Source of the DNA: Octopus sinensis
Taxonomy: Eukaryota
Direction of reading: 5' to 3'
DNA: 64,000 nt
Assembly: GCF_006345805.1 (NCBI RefSeq)
Contig: NC_043004.1
Coordinates: 66,340,001-66,404,000, forward strand
The notes below the pieces were generated by a model that saw only the letters and a list, made by a program, of their open reading frames with translations, was not told the DNA's origin and did not search any database. Positions 12,860-23,893 of the stretch are shown here, piece after piece. Positions within the stretch are counted from its first letter, which is position 1; the number at the start of each line of letters is the position of its first letter. The translations under genes and the position numbers were made by a program.

Positions 12860-15136
12860 AATAGTCGACCAATTGTTTAGCGTCAACGTTTATTTTATTT
12901 ATATATAAAATAAGACAAACATACAGTAAAAAAATATGAAAAGCAAAAACAGACCTACTTAAGTAAACATGAGATAACAATGCCATTATCCGAATGTTAA
13001 TATTGAGAGACATATGGCTGTTGTAATAAACGACCCAATCTGATGTATCTAGGCTAGAGAATTTTGTTTGATGTAGATTCAGCATTTATTTGAAACAGCA
13101 GTCATTTACATTAGAAAAAAGTCAATATTCAGAGTTTGTGTACGTGAACAGAAGCAATTAAATGTTGTATTTAAATGCTGTACTAGATAACCTAGGAATT
13201 CCTTCAAAAGATATATAAAGCCTCTTAAATTATTTATTTGATACTAAAGTCATGTATTCAAATCAAAATAAGTCATAGAATTTAAATGTGTAGTAACATT
13301 TAAAGAATCATATATGGGAAAATGTACAATTAAATATTCAGTGGTATTTATAAGATAAACGGAGACAATGAAATGCGGTTTCAAACTCTAGTTCATATTG
13401 ATGCACTGTACTTAAGCGTCTGTTGCTATCTGAATAGTTAAAAAGCCTAACATCTGGTATCTTGAAAATATATTCCTTTCTGCTCGGCTGTTAAAGCAAA
13501 ACGGTAAAAACTTTTAGCGTAAATCATAAAGTTGAAATCTCAGATAATTTACGTTATCGATTGAAAAGAGTATCTTTTAGTTTTGATGGAAAATACGATA
13601 TCAAATAAAATAGAGTATATTTTTGTAGTAAGGCGTATTTAAATGTAATTATATATGGTGCATCCTTTTGAACTTATTTATGTAAAGTGAATTCAAGTAA
13701 ATATATATATATATATATATTTAGATAGATACATAGCATGTGTGAGAGAGAGAGAGAGAGAGAAAGAAAGACAGAGATAGAGATCAGGACATCAGAAGAA
13801 TGTATGCAGAAGATTAAATAGTGAGTTCTTTTATGATGAACTGACAAATATATTTATACTACGTATTTCTCACTTATGCTAATTCTATGTTTTTGGACGT
13901 TGTAATAATTCTTGTCTAATTTATGTATGTTTATTGACACCAATGACTTGCGAATAGCAACATATGTGCATACGAAAATATTGCTCTTTTTATTTTCTTT
14001 CTGCGTGTTTCAAAATCTTTAAAATATGCAGTATTTTCCTACAATAGATAATTCCTTTTAACTTTCCAGCAATTAGACTACTTTGGATTGATTAAACAGT
14101 GATGGATGTTTTCTTTTTCCATGAATTAACGTGAGGGAATTTGGTGAGGCCAATATTTAATAATTTCAAGACTTTAACATCACTTTGCTTTTCTGAGAAA
14201 CTATCTGTTCAGCATTCACCACTCTTCAGGTAACTGGCCGTATGTAGATGTATCTAAAGCTCTAACTAAATATTTTAAAAGGAAAAGAACGGCTGACAGA
14301 TATTTTAAAAGGGGAAAAACGTATTTTGATCTATTAACAGATTATTTTTGCTGGTTAAGACTAAACATAATGTTGAGAGATTTATCTCGATGTCCAGCAT
14401 TACTGTAGTATCGCCTGTGTAATTGCGGATATGATTCAGGTGTAACTAAGTGCAAATAAATTTTGCGGCCGAAATCTTGGATTTATTCATACATCATTTA
14501 AAATTTTAGGCATAGACATATAAATTCAGGCAATACATATAGCATAAACTAAGCACCCACTGTTTCTGTTGTATGACCGTGTTTGTCATTTAGCATAGGA
14601 TCAAATGTTGTATTTTCCCAAAGGTTATGGAAAATCAATGTAGTAATCATTTCCATATGCAATTAACATACAATCTATAATTTCATCATTGGATAAACTG
14701 CTCCACGTGTCTTCGTGGAGTAAACTGTACCTTCCTTTACAGAAACATTTTGCCCACAATGAATAAGTAGTCAGCATTCTTGTTTTCACGATTGGAATAT
14801 TCTGTAAATAATACATATTTGCCAGCTCAATACCTCACAGTTTGAACATTACACTTCCTCTAACGCCGTTCACTTTTATTAGAATTTCTACTGTGCCTAA
14901 ATAACTCTACTAGGATATATTCATGGAAATTTCATACTAACTGCAACTGCAGGGTTTTTATATATTGGGAAGAAACCCATCTTGTAATACATAAGGCATT
15001 GAAAAGATATTCGTAAATGTTGGTATATTTTCAACATCTACCGATTTTACTTGAATCGTAATGCTGACTGAATCCCATCCCTCATCGATCTGAACATAAA
15101 TGCTTTCATACTCTAGGAGAGTTTGAGAAAGTAAAG

Positions 15137-15620
15137 TATTAGGTTGTCCGGAAAGTTCGTGCCGATTTATAGTAGATTAACTTTCGGCTTACTTTAGAAC
15201 ATGGTTGAGTCCATAAAATGGACCTTCATTTAAAGCACAGTTTAAGCTGTCTTTTCGTGGAAGAAGGTTAAAGTTCCTATAACTTGTGTAACACTTTAAA
15301 AGGGAAGATAAGCAAGTTCTTTTTCGGCACTTGATGTTTTTGGAAGCAGACAAAAATTGCTGCAGCTCGGCTAGGATGTGTTACCCACCCTCCATATTCA
15401 CTAGATATTGCTCCTTCGTATTTCCACTTATGCGGGTCTTTGCAGAATAGTCGTAATGGTAAAAATTTCAATTCCTTCGATGACATAAAAAGATTCCTTG
15501 ATGAATTCTTTGCCATGAAACCACCTTACTTCTGGGAAGAGGGTATTTTGAAGTTAAAGGAAAAATGGAGACGGATTGTGCAACAAAATGGTTCCTGTTT
15601 GGTTAATTAAAAATGTAATG
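15137..15620 (+). mobile_element. Internally deleted mariner transposon (left TIR plus transposase C-terminus pseudogene)
   Basis: Starts TA+TTAGGTTGTCCGGAAAGTTCGTGCCGATTT, a mariner-type TIR. Manual translation of about 15350-15610 gives QKLLQLG*DVLP/HPPYSLDIAPSYFHLCGSLQNSRNGKNF...KEKWRRIVQQNGSCLVN*, which carries the mariner YSPDLAPSD motif, a stop and a frameshift. Confidence 0.9.
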
Positions 15621-15655
15621 GCGAATATTTATTGACCATTTTCTTCCTTTTAAAA

Positions 15656-15920
15656 ACCTGCTCTGAGTGTCAAGAGCAGTACATAGGCTAAATGAAAAAT
15701 AGTTTGCGTAAAAGAATGGCCCTGCACAGATCCCAGATAAAAATTTCACAAGACAGAAAAATAACATTCAGCCAACACATAGATACTTGCCCCAACAACA
15801 AAACACCAAACTTCAGGATTTTCCCCCTCTACCAATTTAGGGACGATACAACCTCGAGACAACGAATAAGTAAAGAAACTCTCTTTATTACAAAATATAA
15901 GCCACTTCTGAACGGGTCTA
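15656..15920 (+). pseudogene. Penelope-like element GIY-YIG endonuclease fragment
   Basis: In frame with the tracked ORF 15692: TCSECQEQYIG*MKNSLRKRMALHRSQI...SQHIDTC...FRIFPLYQ...RISKETLFITKYKPLLN. The CxxC-YIG, conserved R and H, and terminal E...I...P.LN pattern is typical of the Penelope endonuclease. Confidence 0.8.
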
Positions 15921-16091
15921 CGTCAAACGATATATACCCCCCTGCTTTAGAATAACACAAATACACACGCAAATATTACATTCCTAAGAACCCACTATAA
16001 ATCAGCCCCAATCACAGCTATAACCCATAACGTGCCAACTTCAAGTCATACAACACCTCACTACATCCACTCATTCATATTCTCCCTCCTC

Positions 16092-16280
16092 TTTCTTTCT
16101 TCTTCTTCTTCTTCTTCTTCTCTTCTTCTTCTTCTTCTTCTTCTTCCCCTTCACATCATCATCATTATCATCATAATCATCATCATCATCTTCTTCTTCT
16201 TCTTCTCCTTCAGCATCATCAACATCGTCATCATCATCATCATCTTCTTCTGCTTTTTCTTCTTCTCTCCCTTCTACTTC
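16092..16280. repeat. (CTT)n/(CAT)n microsatellite
   Basis: Directly visible. It lies in the probable 3' region of the Penelope-like remnant. Confidence 0.9.
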
Positions 16281-16612
16281 TTAACTTTATCACTAATGCT
16301 TTTCAGTATAACACCTACGCAAATTCTATAGACAAAGCTTTCAATAGAAATACTCTCATGAACTGCTAGCCGCCACTGACCATTCAAAATACAACAATCA
16401 AGGCACTCCCAAAATTTCACCCCCTTCTCCTCATCATCCTTCTTCATCTTCCCTACCAAGAATTCACAACGACCTCGAACCCACAAGTGTGAACAAGAGA
16501 GACAGAGCAAGGCAGAAACAAGGAAAATGCCACTTATATTTAAACACTATACAAATATTCCTTTAAAAAAACTTTTCTTTTAATTTTTCTAAGTTTAATT
16601 ATTTAATCGTTA

Positions 16613-16649
16613 CAGTTGAAAAGACTCAACATGACTGAAACCGGTACTG
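16613..16649 (+). ncRNA. Degenerate minimal hammerhead ribozyme remnant
   Basis: CAG-TTGAAAA-GACTCAACATGACT-GAAA-CCGG-TA-CTG. Stem I is CAG/CTG, stem III is the palindrome ACCGGT and the triplet is GUA. The core (C3, G8) and stem II are mutated. Confidence 0.45.
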
Positions 16650-16749
16650 AAATGTTCTTTATAAAATTATTTTAGCATTTTCTTTTTGACTTATTTTTCA
16701 TATATATCAACTCGTGTGTTTCCTTTTCATCCTTATAAATATATATAAT

Positions 16750-16792
<43 letters not shown>

Positions 16793-16834
16793 ATATATAT
16801 ATATATATATATTATTATCTATATATATATATAT

Positions 16835-17096
16835 ACTCTTTTTACACTTTTCCTTGTTTCAGTCATTTGACTGCGGCCACCATTAGTCGAGCAAATCGAC
16901 ACCAGGACTTATTCTTTGGAAGCCTAAAACTTACTCTATCGGTCTCGTCTGCCGAACCACTAAGTTACTGGGACATAAACACAGAACACACCACAATCGG
17001 CTGTCAAGCGATGTTGGGTGACAAACGCAGACCACAACAAACATAACACACACACACACACAACACACACACACCACACACACACACCACACACAA

Positions 17097-17152
<56 letters not shown>

Positions 17153-17208
17153 ATAACATATATGCGACGGGATTCTCTCAGTTTCCGTCCACCAATCCAC
17201 TCACAAGG
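16835..17208 (-). mobile_element. SINE family A, truncated by the assembly gap
   Basis: Tail, body and internal CA/TA tract match the other family A copies. The sequence runs into Ns. Confidence 0.85.
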
Positions 17209-17308
17209 NNNNNNNNNNNNNNNNNNNNNNNNNNNNNNNNNNNNNNNNNNNNNNNNNNNNNNNNNNNNNNNNNNNNNNNNNNNNNNNNNNNNNNNNNNNN
17301 NNNNNNNN
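17209..17308. other. Assembly gap (100 N)
   Basis: Run of exactly 100 N, probably a placeholder of unknown true size. Confidence 0.99.
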
Positions 17309-17905
17309 TGATTCCGTTCTTGAACACACATAAGGCTATGCTCACACAGACACACCGAGCAGACGACCTCGCACACGCATACCCTCCATGAAACACAGCA
17401 CTTATATCAAAGTAATTATATTTAATTGATTATTGGAAAACGAAGCATGTCCTGAGAGCTAAATTACCCAGTATTTGGACCCTCTGCTCAACCATTTCGT
17501 TTTATGCAAATTTTTATTGCGAGTTCTGCAGAGAAACATTACTGCTTCGTAAGGAGTTCTTTCGCATTTCACATGTAAGACAATTATCAGCCTATTTGGT
17601 TCAGTGCATGCAGATCAATCTGAATTTTGTTTTCTATTTTCTGAACGCCATTCCCACAGTGGTCAGTTATTAGCCTTCACTCTTCGAGCGACTTTAAATT
17701 AAGTAACCATCATAAGTAAATTTATATTAAAGAAAAAGATCATGTGCTCTGCACGATGTTTGTCGATGTATGCCTTGAAAAAAAAAGTATAAAATCCCAA
17801 ACTATTGAAACCATTCTCTCTGAAATGATTGAAATGATTTCATTGTTTTGCGCAAATAAATATATTTAAATGAGAGGAGGTTTACCGATGCAAAATTTAA
17901 TCAAT

Positions 17906-18252
17906 TACTCTCTCTTTTACTCTTTTACTTGTTTCAGTCATTTGACTACGGCCATGCTGGAGCACCGCATTTAGTCGAGCAAATCAATCCCAGGACTTAA
18001 TGTTAAGGCATCGGTTATCAGGCGATGTTGGTGGGGTGGTGGACAAACACAGACACACAAACATATTCACACACATGCATATATATACATATGTGAGACT
18101 GGCTTCTTTCAGTTTCCGTCTACCAAATCCACTCACAAGTCTTTGGTCGGCTCGAGGTTATAGTAGAAGACACTTGCCCAAGGTGCCAGGTAGTAGGACT
18201 GAATCCGGAACCATGTGATTCGTAAGCAAGCTACCTGCCACACAGCCACTCC
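17906..18252 (-). mobile_element. SINE family A
   Basis: Runs from TACTCTTTTACTTGTTTCAGTCATTTGACT to GCTACCTGCCACACAGCCACTCC, so both tail and tRNA-like head are present. Confidence 0.9.
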
Positions 18253-18304
18253 GTATGTTAAAATGTACTTTTATTTTTGCTCGAGCACATTCACTTTACG
18301 AATG

Positions 18305-18349
18305 TATATATACGTATTTCGGTATATATATACAAACACACACATATAC

Positions 18350-18394
<45 letters not shown>

Positions 18395-18730
18395 TATATA
18401 CATACATAATATATATATACATACATACACACATACATACACATATATATACACATATATACACATATATATATACACATACATATATATATATATATAA
18501 ATACATACATATATATATACATACACACATATATATATACATACATACACATATATACATACATACATATATACATATATACATACATACACATATATAT
18601 ATACATACATACACATATATACACATACATATATATATATATACACATACATATATATACACATACATACACATATATACGCATACATATACATATATAT
18701 ACATACACATATATATATACACACATGCAT
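18305..18730. repeat. Compound (TA)n/(CATA)n/(CA)n low-complexity array
   Basis: Directly visible. Confidence 0.95.
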
Positions 18731-19371
18731 ATGTCGTTAAAGTTTCTTGTGTAATATTTTGTTATATATTGCATTATAATGAATATGTTGAGGGAAACAT
18801 TTACTAGATATCTTGCATAGTTTATAATCTATATTAAACTGTGAGGATTGACAATTCCCTAAGAAGTGAATTTTGTTACATATAAACAAAATATTGCTTT
18901 CCTGCACAAATTTCAGAGTTAGCATCAATCCCATTAATCAATTAATACAATTAGAAGCTGAATCATACTATGTTTTACAATTATGGATGTTAAATTGAAT
19001 AATGGTGGCGCTCTAAATATACTGTTTCTAAAGAAAATAAGCGGTGATGATGTTTTGATGTTATTAGATCATAGATTTTAATGAACGACGGCGGACGTGA
19101 GACAAAGGAGGAAATATAATAAGAACACTAACGCAGGGCAATGAAATAGCTTAGGATTTCAAATACTGCTCTAAATAATTACAGGTACATTGTATAATTT
19201 CAAGAAACTTAAATACCGCATATTGCATTACGTAATATGGTATATTAGAGCAAAATTACAATTACAATAGCCGGTCGTGTATCAGGAAATTCAGATGATT
19301 GGTGAGATGATCCGAAATTTTAGGTATTCAAAGATTGTACAGTACAAACGTAATGGATGCAGTATACACAT

Positions 19372-19561
19372 GTAAATATACATATACTTATTCATACACA
19401 CACACACACATATATATATACATATATATATATGTATATTCACATTTACACACACACACATATATATATATAACGTATCTATATATGTATATATATATGT
19501 TTAAATATATGTATATATATATATATATTTGTCTACATATATGTATATATATATATATAGC

Positions 19562-19592
<31 letters not shown>

Positions 19593-19594
19593 GC

Positions 19595-19658
<64 letters not shown>

Positions 19659-19661
19659 TAT
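19372..19661. repeat. (CA)n/(TA)n microsatellite
   Basis: Directly visible. Confidence 0.95.
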
Positions 19662-19757
19662 AGGAGTGGCTGTGTAGTAAGTAGCTTGTTTACCTCGATT
19701 AAAGGTGGTGCTCCAGCATGGCCGCAGTCAAATGACTGAAACAAGTAAAAGAGTAAA

Positions 19758-19760
<3 letters not shown>
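19662..19760 (+). mobile_element. SINE family A, head fused directly to tail
   Basis: AGGAGTGGCTGTGTAGTAAGTAGCTTG is followed immediately by TCGATTAAAGGTGGTGCTCCAGCATGGCCGCAGTCAAATGACTGAAAC. Confidence 0.8.
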
Positions 19761-19803
<43 letters not shown>

Positions 19804-19970
19804 TGAGATAGGGGTTGTAAATGCAACCCTCCATGGGATAACATATATCCAAAATACTGCTCGTGAAGTACCCAACAAAGTTAATACATAAATGTTAATG
19901 ATTGCGATGCAATCAATTCATTTACTGTATTATATGGGCAAAGTTAAAATGATTAACCACAAATTACTAA

Positions 19971-20750
19971 TACAAGATAAGAAAATGGAGAAATACATCA
20001 AATATCAATTACCAGATAATACTCAATCACATACTTTATTAAATCACCATATAAGAGACTGTAGGTTTAAATATAAAAAGCAGAACAAATCTGTGTACAT
20101 AAAGGAATGTACATAAAAAAGTGTACATAAATGAGTAATGTTGTATAATAAGTAGAATATATATAAAAGATAATATAAATATAAGTAAATGTAAATATAA
20201 GTATAGGTTACATCTTACAGCTGTTTCGGCCATGTAGATAAGTATGTCTCATTTTACCAATATTAGCCCTTTATGGTCGGTCAATATATAGATATAAATG
20301 AGACATTTACAAAAATATCATAAGGCCTCTTCGGAGATTATGTAATATAATATAAATCAGTCTACATATATACCCACATGTGTGTGGGTGCATACCCATA
20401 ATACAACATATATTTATACATATGAGTGCATATACTCACACTCTTATACATATAAAAATATACATGTACATAATTATATAAATAAATAATATAAATTAGT
20501 AAACATGTATATGTGTTCCACATCCAATGTCTCAGTTTTTTTACTTAATATTGTGATAATAAACATACACAAATTAGTACCTAGATGCAAATATACATAG
20601 TCAATAGTACATTATATTACTTCATAATAATTTCTCTGCTTTTTATATTTACCCCTACAGTCACTTATGTGGTGGTTTAATAAAGTATGTGATTGAGTAT
20701 TATCAGGTAATTGATATTTGATTTAGATGTATTTCTCCATTTTCTTATCT

Positions 20751-20754
<4 letters not shown>
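19971..20754. mobile_element. Element with about 115-bp inverted arms enclosing a hammerhead motif (Penelope-like terminal-repeat derivative)
   Basis: 19971-20084 is the imperfect reverse complement of 20635-20754. The roughly 550-bp spacer contains the hammerhead fold at 20208-20345. Confidence 0.6.
20208..20345 (-). ncRNA. Type I hammerhead ribozyme fold with extended stem II
   Basis: Minus strand: TTACA(TAA)TCT-CCGAAGA-GGCC-[about 92 nt containing the 11-bp inverted repeat ATGTCTCATTT/AAATGAGACAT]-GGCC-GAAA-CAGCTG-TA-AGATGTAA. There is one core deviation (U4C). Confidence 0.7.
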
Positions 20755-20787
<33 letters not shown>

Positions 20788-20853
20788 AAAGGGCTTAGTA
20801 AAATAGTGAAATTGATTAATTAATTAATTAATTTTACCCTCAACTGTTGAAAT

Positions 20854-20920
<67 letters not shown>

Positions 20921-21781
20921 ATACGTATATACATATAGATATGAAGACATGTGTGAGAATGTGTGTGTAAATGACTGTCTGCATAGTAGCACAAATTTAC
21001 ATAAGCTTGGAAATATGCGTATATGTACTTTTCTATACGTATGTTAATGTGTGTGTGTACATGCGTGCGCGTCTGCGTGTGCACGCGAGTGTGTGTGTGT
21101 GCTTTTGTGATTGTGTGTATAACAATTTCACGATCAGAGCATATCGCTAAAATAAAAATTCCAGAAAGATTTATGAAAGTATTATATATCTTCTAATATT
21201 GATTTTTCTATTTATTTCATTAATACAGGTAATGTGTTTTTTTTAATACTTTCTTCTTCGTTATAGAATTAACAGAAGCAGAAAACTTTTAATCTCATTA
21301 TTAATCCGACAAATATGTGACACATCACCATATAGGCAAAAATATAAAAAGATAATATTATAAACTTCTTTGAAATATATTCTGTTCCTAATAATCAATA
21401 AACAAAATTTATACTGTCATAATATCGATGACATAGGTAAATCAGTACGTATTATTATCAAAAATGGAAAATTTAGCTACAATATAAAATAAGAAACATA
21501 GACATCTTGTACGTCGATATAAACGAACGTTCGCTCGTAATAACACACGTATTTATACATAAAAAGAAACGCACAAATATTGCTACACAAACGTACCACA
21601 ATTTATATATGCCTATATACGCACACACAAGCAAACATGTGCGCGTGTGTGCGTGCGTGTATAGGTATATAAAAACGGGGTTAAAATAGCAGTATGGTCT
21701 GTTCTTATAGTACACCCATGTTTAGGTTTCGATATACATTATTTCTCAGTATAACTGCTGCTATCACAGCGAGTTAGTTTG

Positions 21782-21819
<38 letters not shown>

Positions 21820-22319
21820 AATGTTTATCTGGTTCTCTAGCTAGCAAGCAACCAATTATCTAATATAAGCAATAGGTTTTGTGAATACATGAACTCACAT
21901 ACATATACACATAGATGTATTTTATGTGTGTATATATATATATATGAATATATATATATATATGTGTGGTGTGTGTGTGTGTGTGTGTGTGTGTACATAA
22001 ATATCTATAGAGAGAGGGAGAGATAGATAGAGAGAAAGTGTGTGTGTGGGAGAGACAGAAAAAGATAAAGTGTTCATTTATATTTGTAAAAAAATTGCAC
22101 GGCATGTTCAACGTAAGCGAAAAATACTTCGAAAAATATTTGCATTTTACTTCTAAACGAAAAAAATACAGAATAAGATCAAAAATCAATTCAAAGTTTC
22201 TTATATATAATATCGAGTTCGTAGAAATAGACACTTCCCTAAATTTGCTATTCTATGTTGAATTTGCTATTCTCTCTTTCCTCATAAATATATATTTATA
22301 TATATTATATATATTTATA

Positions 22320-22364
<45 letters not shown>

Positions 22365-22705
22365 AACAATAATAAATCTCTGAACGAGATTATATGTAGT
22401 ACTCGGGTCTTCGGGGGAGGATGACCTCCCTTTGCAAGTAACACAAGGACACTGAGATAGTGTCTAAAGTCCTTCTGGTGACGTTGATCGCCTGGGCCTA
22501 AAAGCATCAGTAACACCCCCCTCCAGTGGCTAGCCACATTCAGATGGCTGATACCCCTTACGTTGTCGAGCGGTTACTGTTTATATCTCGTTCAGAGATT
22601 TATTATTGTTTTGAGACAGTTTTTCTACATCAGTGACAGTGGCTACTGTGAAAAACATTATATATTACTTGCGAGGGGAATCCTTCATCGAAGACCGATG
22701 CTTAC

Positions 22706-22750
22706 CCTGCGTTGACGAGAGGCAATTACCTTGAAACTATAGTCCGTATG
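22706..22750 (+). ncRNA. Minimal type I hammerhead ribozyme, unit 1
   Basis: CCTGCG-TTGACGA-GAGG-CAATTA-CCTT-GAAA-CTATAG-TC-CGTATG. Stem II is 4 bp, stem III is the palindrome ACTATAGT, the triplet is GUC and predicted cleavage is after 22744. Position 3 is U instead of C. Confidence 0.75.
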
Positions 22751-23060
22751 TAGTACTCGGGTCTTCGTGGGAGGATGACCTTCCTTTGCAAGTAACACAA
22801 GGACACTGAGATAGCGTCTAAAGTCCTTCTGGTGACGTTGATCGCCTGGGGCTAAAAGCATCAATAACACCCCCCCTCCAGTGGCTAGCCACATTCAGAT
22901 GGCTGATACCCCTTACGTTGTCGAGCGGTTACTGTTTATATCTCGTTCAGAGATTTATTATTGTTTTCAGATAGTTTTTCTACATCAGTGACAGTGGCTA
23001 CTGTGAAAAACATTATATATTACTTGCGAGGGGACTCCTTCATCGAAGACCGATGCTTAC

Positions 23061-23105
23061 CATGCGTTGACGAGAGGCAATTACCTTGAAACTTTAGTCC
23101 GTATG
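23061..23105 (+). ncRNA. Minimal type I hammerhead ribozyme, unit 2
   Basis: CATGCG-TTGACGA-GAGG-CAATTA-CCTT-GAAA-CTTTAG-TC-CGTATG. Stem I is 6 bp (CATGCG/CGTATG, one G-U), the triplet is GUC and predicted cleavage is after 23099. Confidence 0.75.
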
Positions 23106-23276
23106 TAGTACTCAGGTCTTCGTGGGAGGATGACCTTCCTTTGCAAGTAACACAAGGACACTGAGATAGTGTCTAAAGTCCTTCTGGTGACGTTGATCGC
23201 CTGCGGCTAAAAGCATCAGTAACCCCCCCCCCCTAGTGGCTAGCCACATTCAGATGGCTGATACCCCTTTACGTCG

Positions 23277-23342
<66 letters not shown>

Positions 23343-23536
23343 CCATCAGAGATCGTTAGCAAACGACACACATTTTTTTCTCTCATTGTTTCTGTGTCGC
23401 TTTCTGTAGAAGAGCGTAGGCTCGAAGCGTAAAATACTTTTCCTATTCCTGAGCGTTATACTAATACATCTGTTTGTTGTCTTCGTCTTTTGTTTTTTTC
23501 GTAAACTCTCCCTATATATATATATGTATATATATG

Positions 23537-23607
<71 letters not shown>

Positions 23608-23675
23608 TAGATGTGTGTATGAATATATATCAATGTCTCTCTGTGTATATGCATACATATATACATACATATATA

Positions 23676-23790
23676 TCTATATATATAAAATTGAGAATGC
23701 GTGTCTGTTTGTCTGCGTGAATCCCTAAAACTCGAGAACTACACAACCAATTTCATTCAAATTTTACACATGCCTTACTTAGGGTCCATG
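23676..23790 (+). mobile_element. 5' end of a non-autonomous Helitron-like element
   Basis: Begins A|TCTATATATATAAAA followed by GTCTGT repeats. Shares AATCCCTAAAACT.GAGAACTAC.CAACCAATTTCATTCAAAT with the copy at 28910. Confidence 0.65.
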
Positions 23791-23893
23791 GGCTTGTGGT
23801 CCATTGAGCTGAGCTCCGTAGGGAGGAATGCTCACCGCCAATAGACAGCCCTACGGCGATCAGATTTCTCTTCACTTCACTTCACTTCACTTA
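23791..23893 (+). mobile_element. 5'-truncated retroposon 3' end (stem-loop plus (CTTCA)n tail)
   Basis: 8-bp stem CCGTAGGG (23816-23823) / CCCTACGG (23849-23856) followed by about four CTTCA repeats. It starts where homology between the two Helitron-like 5' ends breaks off. Confidence 0.45.

Larger units (their letters stand above)
22391..23276 (+). repeat. Tandem array of about 2.5 units of 354/355 bp (retrozyme-like)
   Basis: GTAGTACTC recurs at 22396, 22750 and 23105. The units are nearly identical and the array is flanked on both sides by (TA)n tracts. Confidence 0.95.

Noticed and set aside
22253-22894. Two similar minus-strand ORFs (MASHWRGVLL.../MWLATGGGVLL...)
   Set aside because: They are antisense read-throughs of the 354-bp repeat. 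There is no recognisable domain and they run into (TA)n. The plus-strand RNA structure explains the repeat better.
22391-23276. CRISPR array or satellite interpretation of the tandem repeats (also 35180-35900)
   Set aside because: There are no unique spacers between short repeats, no cas genes, and the context is eukaryotic.
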